A program made the position numbers and the translations under genes. Positions 1 to 14,700 of a DNA stretch of 64,000 bases are shown here, piece by piece. This DNA comes from Ascidiella aspersa (lineage: Eukaryota): positions 8,122,001 through 8,186,000 of the forward strand of contig OZ004614.1 of assembly GCA_963924565.1 (NCBI GenBank), written 5' to 3'. A model generated the notes under the pieces. It was not told the DNA's origin, did no database searches, and saw nothing but the letters and a program-made list of their open reading frames with translations. Position 1 is the first letter of the stretch. The number at the start of each line of letters is the position of its first letter.

Positions 1-2776
1 CCGACGACATAAAACTATACACAACAGTTGCTTTAATTACGTGAAAAAAATCGCTACTTTTCGGATAAAACACATCAATCTTCGGTTTACTGTTAAAAAT
101 CCGATAGCTGTCTTGTGACTAATCGTGACCGATCGCCTATGAACGACTTAATATAGATGCGACTGCCAACCCGTTGACCTCTATCTCTCTCGTTCACGGC
201 GGCCGATCCTCTACCGACCCGGATTGTTTGACATCTAGAGGTCACGGGGTCACAGGGGTCACCTTACGGCACTTCAAAAGCGCCCGACAAGCTCAGCCTA
301 GCTGTCTTGTTGTTTTGATGGATAGCACGCACGCGTCGTAATCGGCGTGGTTTTAGAAAGGACTTAAATCTTACAAACGCTCACTTTGGCTTCTTGGTGG
401 TGGACTGACGCCTAGTGAGCGCATCTGTGTACATTTGCCGGTTATGTAATGTTCGGTATGCGTGGGACTTTGGGATCTTGTGTAAACGTCCCCTGTCGCG
501 GTACGTCTGGCTGAGGAGGCCACTTGGAAGCATCAGCGCTTTAAAAGTATCCATTTTCGATCGAAATGTATGCTAAAAAGGCATCAGAATGACATCGGTA
601 TTTAACGAGATACTTGCTACCCCAAATGGCCGGGTATCTAATTTTCTGTTTTTTTGCCATCAATTTACCAACAGTTCGCCAATTGGTGAAACAATATTGT
701 TGTTTTCCAGCTTAAAATCATTTAAAAACTCAATAATCCTAACAAAAAATAAATTAAAAACCTAATAGATTTTACTGTCCACAAACAGAATCGTTATGTC
801 GTATATAAATGCATATACACGAAAAACATTTTCTTCGCAAATGAAACATAAATCAAGAAACACAAAACATACGTTTTTTAGCTTTTAAAAGCAAAACTTA
901 CGGTCTTTTGCTTAATAACAGTTAAAGCTCATTTCTCCGCGGTCGCTTCTCCATCGATTTCGGCGCTTGGCCGTCGTCCTAAAAAGGATCTCCTGCGGGT
1001 TTTGATCCTTCCGATCCCCCCTTTACCCTCTCGAGCAACGAAAACACCCCCGAAGAGCTTCTATTGTCCCCGGCGACGTTCGGAGTGCGTTGCGTTACGC
1101 AAGGGCGGCCGCGAAATACACAGACGTCGCTCGTGTGATTTTAGCCACTTTGCCGCCTGCCGCGTAGCGTCGTGTTGCTGTAATGTCCACTAATCCTAGT
1201 GCTTTGGGATAAGAAGCGAGCGTGTTGCCAGTAAAAAGTTTAGCACACAAGCCGGGACAACCGGCTGTAAAATCGAAATATTCAAGCACCCGCCTTATGA
1301 AAATTGCTCAGATCCAGTTTCACAACTTGCTGAACAAGCAGCTCATCTAAAGTTATGACACGCTGATACGAATATGAAAAAAAAAACTTTCATGGTCTTC
1401 CGTTTTCGATCTACAATTGTGGCGGAAAGAGGGTCTAAAATTAATAAGTGTACAAAACACCGATCAGTTTGAAACATGCCCATTAAAAGCTATTTTACCG
1501 AGTCATTTTTTTAGTTTTTTGTTACGATTTGCGTTTAGAATTGCGCACTTTCAACAATAGGAAGTCTATAAATTTTCCGCCAATTATTTCATGTCATATA
1601 TATGAAAAATCATGCTTAAAATCTCTGTGTGGCATTGTCAGCCAAAATATCAATATAAAATAAAAACGCATTTAGAGCAAAATCGCCCTGAAATATCAAG
1701 GCGTCTCCAGCCACTCCATGTATCACCCCTTAAACAGGCGTACTTCCTGAATATAAGCTCGGATATGCGCCACAGGTGCGCCTAGATATAGCGGCCAATC
1801 AGTGGCAAGCAAAATACGCTGACAGATGTGGCAGCGAGCTATGGTGACCCATCGCCTCTATGTGGGGTCCGCTGATTACGGTAAACGGCAGCCGGTTACC
1901 GAAACCGCGCGCACCCCTGTTACGCATAATTTCACGCGCTTGACGTGGGTCCTCGTGGGGGCACGTAAGGCCCCATTAGCACCGTTCGCTTACCCAATCG
2001 TTTGGCCCCCGAATAGCGATGGGTATTAGAACGCTGACGTATGGCCGTTCGGTCAAAGCTTGCATCAAGCGAAACTAATCCCCCGATGTATTGCGCCGGT
2101 TGTTTTAGCGCTGGGTTTTGGGGTTTGGGGTTCAGGGGGGTGATGGGTGATGATAAAATCGCGCTACGATTGCGCCGGATTTGACGCTACCTGTCAACGC
2201 TATGACGGAGCACTGATTTTTTTTAAAATGCGGATTTTTTGCATCATTGACATGGTTTGTGGTATTGCTGTACGTGTTTGCTTTGATGTAGAAAATGTTG
2301 TGTGACCTTTCTTGGGAAATTTGGGCTACGGACTCCCTTATTTTTCTACAAGTATTATTATTTATTTAGATAATAACAAGATATCTACCGATTTCGAAAA
2401 ATAGGTGATTTGATTGTTTTATATGAAAAACTATGTCATATTTCGTAAAAAAATATCGGCCAAACTGTCGACTCGAACTTATCGATACCAATATGTCGCT
2501 GGAAGAAAAATATCGGCCGATATTAACGGTTTAGAATAATAAGATCAAAAAAACAACTTCAAATTGTCGTGGTGTCTGTTCATGTTAATAGGTGTATTAT
2601 AAGTTAATTGCATTGCATTAAATTACATTGCCGCTTAAAAGTCTGGTGACTCTTACAGCGTAAAATAATGAACCCGGCTGCTAACCGTAACAAACAAACA
2701 ACCACACCTATCGATCGGTGGGAGTCCCCCTTTTCTTCGCCATTCACAAAAAAACGCAACATTTCCTTTTCAACAG

Positions 2777-5700
2777 TGAACGAGGACTACGTGGGCATCA
2801 GCAAGACCCTGGAATTCGCGCCGGGCATCGAGAAACAGACTATCAAGGTGGCCATCATCGATGACCTGGGCAGTCCGGTGCTGGAGGGACCCGAAACCTT
2901 TGACCTGGCCCTCAGTATGCCGGTGGCCGCCAGCCTTGGCGCCCCAGAACGCGTTACAGTGACCATCAACGACTCCGTTTCCGACTGTGAGTGTTTCCTG
3001 TTTGTTGTGTTATAGGGTGCCGGGTAAAATGCGGAAGGCGCGGACCGGATGTGGAACGTTAGGTTAATGGTGCAATTGGTGCATGTTTGTAGGGTTTTTC
3101 GTTTTTTATTGGAATTGGAAATTAGGGTTTTAAAATATTGGAAAATCTTGTTTTAATATATATTTTGGCATGTTAGCGACGCAAATTAACAATTACCCTT
3201 CTACATCTAGCCCCGTTTGAAAGGTAAAATACCTATTTTGGGCACAAATAAAAATGTTTGCTAAATTACTAGCTGTTCTATCAAGCGGTAATTTTTTAGA
3301 GCAAAACACTTTTAAAGAGCGAGATAAAGTATATCCTATGTCGCTAAGCAAGTAAAACAAATGCAAAGATCTTGGAAAAAAAAGAAAGAAACAAAAACTA
3401 TTGCCTCGCTAGAATTCTTGAGAAAAAATGCTTTTGCCGCGTTAGAATTAATAATTTAAAAACAAAGCATAGCATTATTTTGTGCTTTACAGCAAACATG
3501 AATGTGATTAGCCGTCGTGCTTTTGCGGAATCGTACGAAACAAAAATGACGTGGAATTTGCGTTGCTTCTTTCACCCGGCGTCCGTAAAAAATCAAAAAC
3601 AAAATCGCGTTAAATTGTACTCGGGCGTCATCTTCAACCTTACACAAAACTGTACGTTTTTCTTGCAGTGCCGCTAATGCAGTTCGCCAAGGGTGAGGTC
3701 GAGATAAACGAAGAAGAAGGAAGCCTTTCGGCGCTGATCGTGCGCAGTGGCGACCTCCGGCAGTCGTCCAGCGTGCGTTGCTTCACCCGCCAGGGGTCGG
3801 CAGAGGTGATGATGGACTTTGCCGAGCGACCCGACACGGATGGGTCGTTGGTGCAGTTCGAACCCGGTACGTATAGATTTGCGATCGAGGTGTAAACCGG
3901 TTTCAGCTGAAACTGTTCACTGGTTCGTACAGATCTGAGCTAAATCTAGTTATAGCAGCTTTTTGTGACTGTGGACCACACTGTGGATTATTCAACAAGC
4001 TTTAAATAGTATCCTACACAAATGTAACGTTGATCCTAATTTTTGTCATTATAACAAGATGGGACATTAACACGTCAAAAAATACGTTACATTATACTAC
4101 AATACTCGGCACTAGTCTCTAAAACCATGGTAATATTGTATTACAGCTATCATACCTCCATTGCACATACATGTTTTATTGCATAAAAAGTTAAGAGGTA
4201 AAATGTGCAGCAATTGCTATAGACCTATTTCATTTGCACTGTGAAAATATCGTTTAAAACTAACATAACATTTTCATATTGTATTGATAAGCTCAATAAC
4301 TATAGAAATCGCTCGACATAAAATGAAAAATTACCCTATTGGTAAAGAATCGAAGGCAAAAGTTTGCAAGATATATCAGTTTTTAGCCGCATTTTAAGCT
4401 AAGCCAAAAAATGATATATTAGTGCGTTTAAGTAACAATTGGTATTCAAAACCCGCCTACACCACAAAAATACAAGAACAATTAGCAGAACAAGTCACTT
4501 AAAAGCAGAATACTCAAGCAAGTAATTTGGTCAGACACTTTTTTATAGATGTTAAATATTTATGTAATATATATAATTACATATATATATTTCGCCAGCA
4601 AAAGCATCGTCAGTAAATCTTAATTGGAACGAAGGCTTGAGTCTCACCCAGGGTCGATCTTCGGATTCAGCAAAAGATAATAAAAAAAAAAATCGTGTCC
4701 CAATCATTCCAGTCAGACTAATTGCTTTCAGACTTCCTGCGAACTCGTTCCGTCGCTCGCATCAACTAACTATTCAGTCCCTCGCCTATATTTATCGACT
4801 GTCAAAACACAAATCCGAGCCCCGGTGTTATCCCGGTCATCTTATTAATTGCTTACCCCCGCAACGCCGTGGGGGCTTTATCAGGGTGAAGGGGCGGCCC
4901 CGATCGCGGCGGATTAACGTTGGAGTGTGATCGACTCCCGAAACGGGGTCAAATGTCACCGCGCTGGGGTTGCACTTGGCTTTGCGCCAGCGTCGCGCGT
5001 CCGGATGTGGCCTGGGTCTTGTTACCAAGCAACGACAAACACGGGTTTTTTTCAGGAGAAAAGCGTCTTCGTTTAACGCGGGTTGGAATTTCTTTTAATC
5101 ACAAGTTAAATACCAAAGCGTTATTTAAGCTCGTTCTTTAGCTTTATTAAGGCTGTTAAATCCCCGCCTGTCAATCAACTACCGGGAACCGACTGTACAC
5201 ACAACATATTGTTTCGCTAAATTTGCTGTTACTGATTAAAAGTTCGAAGGCAACGGGTCAGGGTTTTTGTTGTTGATTGACCCAGTTAAGGCGAGCAGAA
5301 ATTCCACTCGAGTAAAATGATCTCTCCTTTGGTACAATTGGCGAAAACCGATCGATTTTAAACACACACACACACAGCGACTGGCCTGTGTTCTGAACGT
5401 AAAACCCTATAATATAAACCTAAAACAAACTTCCCCAATATGTTGAGCAATAAAAGTCTATTTGAAAAACATATTCCTTTTCAATATAAGGTTTGAATCC
5501 AAATCATTATGTGATTCCCTATTTTCCAAGACGCGGATTTTTTGTGTTTTTTTAAATAAAACTTTATATTTTGAAATTAAAAATCCTACATACGAACTAC
5601 GAAAAAACATTGAAAAAAAGCAATAATATTATAGAGAGGTCAAATTGTTCAACAACATTTTAAACGCAAGACAAAAAAGATGGTGCCATCACTATTCTTC

Positions 5701-8700
5701 TCGGCGGCCCCTTACCACATATTTTGACAGCACCACGGCAAATTTCCGCTGCCTAACGGGCGACCAAGTATTAGGGTTCGCCTCGTAAAAAAACGACGCA
5801 AAACCCGGCGTCGTTAAAAGAAAAGGACTTCAGCGCGTAGCCGGTTTTTACGGCGCGCCAGCACTTCGCAACCCGGAAGCGGTGAATTCCCACCACCGCC
5901 CGTTAACTTTCCCACGGCAATATTCAAGCCTGCGCTGCTGAGTAATGGAAATTGATACGTTTTTACGGTCGATTTAGGCGTGTCCGTCTCTCCCTGACAT
6001 CATCATCTACTGTAAAGTCCCGCCAGCAGCTGCATTAAACTGTACATTAGTGTTTTGTCAACCTTTAGTCTTGGCAAACCACACACTATAAGCGTAAGTC
6101 TAAAAGCGACGCCTTGGCGACCTAACATTTTCCGACCCTGTTACATTGAAGTTTTGTAGGCTGACAAAACATTTAGCGCGTGTAAGTTCGAATTAATTTG
6201 TTATGAGCACTGCCTTCGTATTGCTTCCGCAGTGTTCTCAAGTTAAATTTTCTCAAGATAATTTTTTGCTCACAATCAATTACAATGAATTCTAACAATA
6301 TAAAAGTACACTACAGTCGGCGACCCAACCAAATCAAACGGCGACACGATTTTGTTGGGAGTATTGGAGAAATTTAGCTCACACCCCATTTTAATAAATG
6401 TAACCATATAAAGGTACAACAGACGGAGGCATAACCAAATCAAACTGCAACACAATTTTGTTGGTAATATTAGAGAAATTTAGCTCACACCCCATCTTAA
6501 TAAATTTAGCAATATAAAAGTACAACAGTCGGCGACACAATTTTGTTGGGCCCATGGGTTGACAAACTTTGCTGTACGCAGACCCCAGACGAATGAGCAC
6601 AATTAGGACCGACTGTAGGGCGCTATTCAGAGTCGTACAAGCCCGATTTTAGCTTTTCTGGCCACTTAGCAAGAAAAAACGCCCTTTTCTGAGCTGAACG
6701 CCGCCGATCATAGCCCACTGACAAAGTCCATACGTCAGTTTTTCGCCTTGCCCCCCAAACGGCGGCCAACACCCCCTTCGGTCGTCGATGATCGATTCGG
6801 CTGTTTCCAATAATCGTTCGCTTTTACGCACCAACTGGTTTGATGTTGACACAATTTAAGACAATGCATCAAGATAAGGTCTTAGAGCCATGCGCCGGCA
6901 AACCGTTTGGTAAGGCGTCGATTTATTTCTTTTGTGGTTCGATGTTGCGGCACTAATGCTCTTCAGCAGATAAATCGCCCACGTGGTAATTTTTCTCCAC
7001 CGATATCCCGTTTGAATCGCTATCTGCCGGATGCCATCCCAGCTGTAATTTTGCCCGTTTGACATTTTCACATCATAAAAGTCTGGTTTTTCTATGCTGC
7101 TATACGCGGTGTAATGATTCGCGGTTTTGGATTTCAAAGATTCCCACGCGTTTTAAGATAAGCAGAGGTTGGGAAGTTTTAATTCACGAAAAATATCACT
7201 CTGAGACCGATTACCCGTTGATCAAGAAATTCTTTTCAAACATCCGTTTATCGCTATTAAACGTCTTGTTAAGCTACTATATTCAGTCTGGCTAGAAAAT
7301 ATCTTCGGGCTGGTGAGGCAGTGTACATCCTGATGTTACGGTTAATGTTTTAAGAGAAATGTTGGGTTAAATTAATAATATAAGCATAAAACAACAATTA
7401 TTATCTTATGCAATAATTCCTAATTTGTATTGTTATTTGCCAACTGTCTATACTCCATATCTTTGAAATTCAAAGTAATTCGTTTTAGTAGGCTAAGTTT
7501 ACGAATTTAGGTCGCAGAAAAAATGACTGTTACTATTTGCGGCTGTTAAAGCAAGAAGTAAATACAAAAAGGACAAAAAGCTTGTTCCTGAAAGTATTTG
7601 ATCGATAATAGCAGAAGTTTCTTTTCGAAATTTTAAATGTCTTTTCATAATCTTTTACCAAACAAAAATAATTTGCACCAATCAAATTTTTCCCCAATCA
7701 AAATTATAAAGGTATTTACGACCGATCAATCGCCCTTTACCCCTCACTATTTGCGAACTTGACATCCAAAACAGTTTAGCACCCGCACCAAGCCTATCAC
7801 GCGTCTACATTCGATACAAGATGTCTATTTCGCAAACACCTCAGTGGGATCAAAGCCCCCAGGGTCCCATTACCCCTCTGGGGGTGTTGTGGTAGGTCAG
7901 GGGGGAGGGGATATTCGTTGGGGTCGATTTGCAAGCCAAACCGGCGTGTTTGTGGAATTAGGCGCTGCACTGACGGCGTTGCGTTATTAACCCAATGGCA
8001 GTTCATCACAATACGCCCTGGGTATTAGCCTTGTCACTTGGGATACCGCGATTCGGCAAGTTTATCGCCTTTTTCTCTAACTAGGGTTTCCTTTCGAGCC
8101 GCCATCGCTCTACACGTGTTTTTTTTCTTGAACTTTGCAAGTTTTTTTTTGGCAAATATAGAGATGAGATATAAAATGACGGAAAGTCTAAAGAATATAA
8201 TTGAACTTTTATACTCATTGTCGTCATTTACCTGTGAGGGCGAGGAGATTTCTTCTCTTTTTCCTTGTTCAGTTTGCCATGCAATATGTTAAGTTTAAAC
8301 AAGTTTGAATGAATCTTTGTGCCGCTTCGTGTGTACGTTAAATATCTTCTGGCCAACACGCTATTAGATTCAATGCAACTAGCAACAAACAAAATCACAT
8401 CCACAAATGAACTTCAGTAAAGGAATATTATCATGATGAGTAATGCATTACCTGACTGTTCGGCCGAGTAATCACGGTTAAACTAAACTTAGTTTTTTAA
8501 TTTGACACCTGGCTTTTTTACTGGATAGAATTTTTTTGTCACTTTTCCAATTAAGAATAGTTATTTCATTAACTACAGATGACTGGGTCCGAGTTGGTAT
8601 TTGACGAAATATCTATTTTGTCGAATAAACTGCTTTAACTTGAGCCCATCCCTGTCAAGTCGCACCTAACAGTGTGCTACGAGACTATGAATTGTTAAAA

Positions 8701-11700
8701 AAATATATATTTTTGACTTTGAACATCGCTAATACTTTTTGTGACTAATTGACTCAACCGTAGGCAATTATACATAAAAAAGACAAAATATTATCAATAC
8801 ACCGGGTGTGTATTCCCATGTTGATTTTATCACTTAGTTATTGCAGATCCATGTTATCCAACAAACAGTAGCAATGCAACAGTTTAAATGAAATTATTTC
8901 CAACAAGAATCACTTTGACTCAGAATTTACCAATCCAAGAATGCTTTTTCATGTCTTGCACCGAAAACCACCCCGCACCTTTAATAACCGCATATTGCAA
9001 TTTATCCAACACAGGTCAGTCTGAGGCGATGTGTGTCGTAGTCCTTGAGGACGACCAGGTCCACGAGAAGGATCCGGAGCAGTTCCGACTTGTGCTCGGC
9101 ACGCCAACTAGCGACAGCGCGGGAGGAGCGCGCGTTGGCAAACAGGCTGAGATGTTGGTGACAATCCAGGATCATTCGGACAGTAAGAGAAGACCTTTTT
9201 GTGTTTGTTTTGTCTTTTTTTCTATTTTCTTTTGTCTCACGATTTTCTAGGATATCTACGTCGTATAGAATGATATTAAAAAGCCTCTTTAGAATAAATT
9301 TTGTTGAACAAATATTGCTCTTTTGAAAACTTGCAATATCTAGTTAAAAATATGCAAAAAAAAAACTTTTGAACAAAAGGGCACATTTGATAAGGTTGTC
9401 CTGTTGTCGGGCTTTATCTAGTTTTTTTGCCTTGGTCTTGTAACCCGTGTTCCATTGTGTTTTTTCTTAATTTTTTGGCTATTAGATATGTCTTTCGCTC
9501 ATTTGTCAGTTCATTGCAATTAAGGAGATTTTCTGTGTAGGTTATCGAAACACTGGTAGATTTATAAAAAACATATATTCCGGGAAAACAATTTTCTAAT
9601 ATTGATTGTATCGATACAATACCTGACAGCAACAGTATATTCATTTAATAGCACTTCTGGAAATTGCAAACAAGTGGCGTTATTTGCAATCAATGGCGCA
9701 CTTTTTGCAAAACACAAGCAAAGGCGGTAGTGTTGACCCCAAAGTCCAAAGACCGCGAGTTCGAGTCCCGGCAGGAACCCGAATGACTTTAGCGGCCACA
9801 AAAGGCAGAAGCGATTTCGCTTACTATTTTGTTGTCTACAGCAGCTTGTGATGCGCAACTTTTTAATACTGTTTGCTTTGCTGTCCGCAAATGCGAGCGA
9901 ACGCTAACCGACTTCAGATGCGCCCAGCCTATACTTAGTATAGCAACACTAATGTGACTGCGAAATAAGGCTGATAAACGATCGCGCCTAATTATGACAA
10001 ACGACCACGAAGCGATTTGTACCGTTCTCTTCAATTTTTCGTTCAACGCCGATTGCTGCCATTTTTTACCTCTTCGTTTCCACTTGAAATGAGTATTGTA
10101 CGACTTTTTTGGCATGTCATATACGCGAAGTTAGATAGAAATGATGAAAGTCTAAAAAAACGTTAACATTATTCGATTTTTTAAATTAAATTCAGCCGAC
10201 GTTTGGAAGTTAAATTGAATCATTCATACGAAATCGATGTTCCTTTATTTTTTTAATACATTTTTCGATCCAACTGTTCTAAATTATTTTATAGAGCATG
10301 ATGACTGAAATGTGTAGTTAGATGTAGAAATATTATAAAGGCGCATAGAGAAGTAGGTATATATATTTTTTTTTTTTAATCGTTGGAAACGTTTAATATA
10401 TGCTACCAACTTCTGAATGGGCCTTGGATATTTTTTTAAATCTACATTTTGCGTTTTTAAATCCGGTTATACCGTTTCTATTATATTTAAACTCACTGTA
10501 ACACTTTTCCGAACCTGCGCAGAGCCTGTGATCGAATTCGGCAGCACGACGTTCGAAGTCACTGAACCGGAAAGCGAGGATGACGTCAGACTGGTGCGTA
10601 TCCCGGTGGTGAGGAGGGGAGACACGAGTCAGGCGTCGTCGGTTCGATTCTACACCAAGGACGGTAACGCCGAATCGGGACTCGACTACAATCCGGTCAG
10701 CCGAGGTGGGGAACTGTTTTTTTGCCTGTCTAAAATTTTAAAAGGGTTTTAAAATTTTGCGCAGCTGATATAATGATATATCTGTTAGTTTCGACCTTAG
10801 ACTGTCTTGGTGGAAAAATACTTTTGGCTTGTCTAAGTATCACAAAATTTATAAAAACGGTCAGCTATAATAATGAAAAATGGTCAGCTATAACCTTTTT
10901 ATTTGTCAAGCGTCAGAAGAATAGAAAATTTACGTACTATATCTCTTTTCAAATCTGTCGAGGTGGAAAAATTGTTTTGTCTTGTCTAACTCTAAAGTAT
11001 CAAAAAGGTATAAAAAATTGCCCGCTATAATTATTCCTGTAAAAGTGTCTGAAGGATTATAAAAATTGTCCGTGTAGTAATAAATATACCTAAATTTGCA
11101 ACCCAGTCTGTAGATGTAAGAAAATGGTCTTATCATGTCTAAAATAATTCAAAATGAATGGAAACTTGTTGCCAGTGATTATAACTATAAAAGTGTCCTA
11201 AGTAATATAAAATTTGTCCGTCTAATAATAATAAATTTTCGTCAGTCTAAATTTCAACTCCTATCCTGCCTCTTGTTAGTTTCTCGTTTGGCCATGTGTC
11301 TGTTAATCTCTTTAGCTCTTTGTGTGTAAATCCCAATCTTCCCGTGTCTTCAGTGCTGGACTTCAGCGAGGGAGTCGAGGAGATTGTCGTGGAGATCGAA
11401 GTCCTCTTCGACGAGGAAAAGGAAATCCGAGAATCCTTCACCGTCCGACTGGACCAGGACACCAACATGGTCGCCCAGCTTGGGGTTAGTTTGCCTGTAT
11501 TTTGGTTTGGACAGTTTTCTAAAACGCTGTAAGTCCAAAGATTTTTTTTCGATCATTTGTTGTATCAAATTTTTTCCAGTACCTATAAATGTTTTTTTGG
11601 GGATTTGACCGAGGTTGTGAGTTCGATCCTTACCATTGGCTATAGTTGGTAAGGTGTCCTTGCTTACAATACAATCCTTACTCGATAGACTGAATCGGCT

Positions 11701-14700
11701 AATAATTTCGGTGTCGTTGTATACTTTTTCTAGTATATGGCATACGTACACTTCAAAACTCTTTGTTAGGCACTTTGTCCAGCTTACTATTAAATAAAAC
11801 TTATCTCGGGGTGTTTTTTAGTAGATAACTCGCCACATGCCCCTACTTAAACTCTTTATCTAAACTACAAAACATGTAGCAAACAGGCAATCAGTAATTA
11901 AAATAGATAGTATATTAAACGGTTTATATATTTCGTGTGCAACTCAAACTAGAGGATGTAAATCACACGGAAATCAGTCAGATAAAATAAAAAAAACTAT
12001 CAAACGTTTAGAGGAAAACTGTTTTTTTCTGCTTTAACTAGACTATGTATGTTTTTATAGTTTGTTTTTAAATAAACCTTTATTTCTCATAGTGAGTCAG
12101 TATAGGTAAAAGTTATTCCACAGAAATCAAGGCAACAGTACCTTAAAAAGTAAGAAGTAAAAGAAAAAAGTGACAAGGCAGCACTCGTAACGCGCTGCGT
12201 CCGTCAAGCTGAAGTTCAAACATAGTGGTTGCGGTTCGGTGTCAGAGACGCAAAAATCGTGTTTGACTTTTCCCCTTACAAAACACAGCGGCGTGGCTCA
12301 AAGCTTGTGTTACTTGGCGGCGTGCTATAAGAGGAGTTAGCGAAAAACCAACGGCACGTCGACACACCGTTGAGTTATCGTCCGAGACAGCTGTCTAGGC
12401 AAAGTAGATAAAGAAAAGCGGAATGTTAATCTCGCTTGCAAACATACAGCCGCTGTGGTCCACGAAACCGCCTAACCAGCCTTGCCGATATCGGCCGTGT
12501 TGTGAATGCACACCTGAAAGCGACCGCAAACCAGGTTCGTTGGCACCCCGATTCGCGCCTTTACCCACCGTCTAGCGTTAAATGACTTCTGGACGTGCAG
12601 CAAAACCGCTTTCTTTTTTTGGTAAAGGGTATGATTAGGCTGCAATGGATTACTGACAGGCAGAGGTGTAATCTAAAGGTTCAAATCGGCTTTTTGGTTC
12701 TTTTAGTGTTAGTCGCCTTAGAAGTAGAAATACACTTTAGCGTCAGTGACAATCAGTGCGATTGCAATTTGTAAACGGGATCCAGAGGGGACGTGCGGTC
12801 TAGTTTGATAGGGCCTCAACCGCAATGCGACATCATAATAATGGCTGTAAAGACGACGCGCCTTTAAATCAATGAGTCACAACACACAAAAAGGCAGTTA
12901 CCGTTGATTTTTTAATTCGCATGTATGAACTAGCAACTAAGGCGTGTCCTTGAGTGTATGGATCACAAACACACGAACAAATTAAAATTATAAAAAAAAC
13001 AGTAACCTTTGAATTCTAACTCGCAAGTAGGAACTAGTGGAATAGCTTTTATGACACCCCTCTCGATTGCCAGTTGCAATCATTAGGCCGCCCTTTGTGG
13101 TGTAATGTGTTCTAATGGAAGGCAAGATTCAAGCTTGGATGAACAAAAAATGACACAAAATAGGGCACAATAAAGTAAAAATAAAACTTCCAGGTTTTTG
13201 TAATACACACCAAGCCACATTAAACGTAATGTAAAAATAGACCAAAAACGAAGAATCTATTTTGCTTATCATATTAACATCATATATCTTTGCAGGAACA
13301 ACGCGCCATCGTCTACATCAACCAGCAGCATATCCTCGCCAGTGTGACCTTTCCCTCCAAGCCCAACGTCATCTCGTTACGTCACTATGACGTCATGGCC
13401 GAGGCGCCCGAGCAGCCGCCGGCCGGTTACCCGGTCATCTGCGTTTCGGTAAGTTTTAGACGAGTAATTGCGGCCGTCTTTTTAGAGACCACCTTGAAAG
13501 TACCTGAAAATATCTTGATTTCGCCCCCTGTTGGGCTCGTTTGCCTTAGGCTGCCTTAATAATAAGAACGTTGTACAAAAACTGATCTGGTTAATAGAGT
13601 TACTACAAGTCGGTTTTAAGATAGTTTTGGTGTCTATTTCATATCTTATAAAAACGAGCTTACGGTCGTGCTTAAATATTAAGTTTTAACGTAAAACGTT
13701 GCTCGGTTGAGTTTAAAATCTGCTGGAGATTGAGGTTCACTTATTGTGCCTGACTGTTTTTCCAAACATTACCAGCGTAAGCTCTTATTTGTGACGATCA
13801 GTCACTTTGTTGTTAATCTTTATAACGGATTTCAATTGGTGATGCACAAAATTTCGAGTTCTGTAATTCAACTACGAGTTTTGTAATGCGTCATTTTCCC
13901 ACTTCCAGCCTTGCAACCCGAAACACAGCGAGTATGAGCAAGTCTCGTCACTTTGTGAGAGCGAAGAACTCGACGACAGCGCCACAAAGTTCAGGTGAGC
14001 TGAGCCGAAAAATTCAATGTTAGGTTTTTGTCCCTCCAATAGTGAAAAAACGTGCATGGAAAGTAGGCTGCACTTTGATGATGCACGGGTATTTGAAATT
14101 GAAACTTACTATGATATTTATTAAGGTTGATTTATCTATGAAAATATGAATAGTTCTGTAATATGTCAGTTGTTTTGTGTGGCCATCCGTTTTTACCGAT
14201 GATGATTCTATAACGTCATTGCCTTGGGGTCCCTGTATCTACTCAGCTCTGTTAACAGAAACAAACAGTATTTAAATATGAAACTAGTATTTATTAAATG
14301 TGTAAATGTGTTATCAGTTAGTGATACTTTACAAAGCTAATCAGCACTTAGTAACAAGGTGTACAACACTACAAAACAACATCAACCAAGTTGAACATCG
14401 CTTTATGCAAAAACAGGTGGCTTATAGCGGCACCCAGCGGCACCGACGGAGTGACTAACCCTCTCCGCGAGGTGGCGCAAAACACCTTCTTTACCAGCAC
14501 GAATCGAATCACACTGGACAGCATTTACTTCCAGGCTGGAAGCAGAATTTCGTGCGCGGCTAGAGCTGTGACTAACAGCGGGGACACTGGCCTGGAATCG
14601 ATTTCGAATCCGGTCACGGGTAAGAAATTAGCAATTGTTTCAGAGGCACGATTAATTGCGGGTTATAAGTATGCTGTTGCTGCTATGGGCATTGGGCACA

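Noticed and set aside
1002-2029. Short ORFs in GC-rich blocks of the first intron
   Set aside because: No FREM2-like sequence, no compatible splice phases, no recognisable domain
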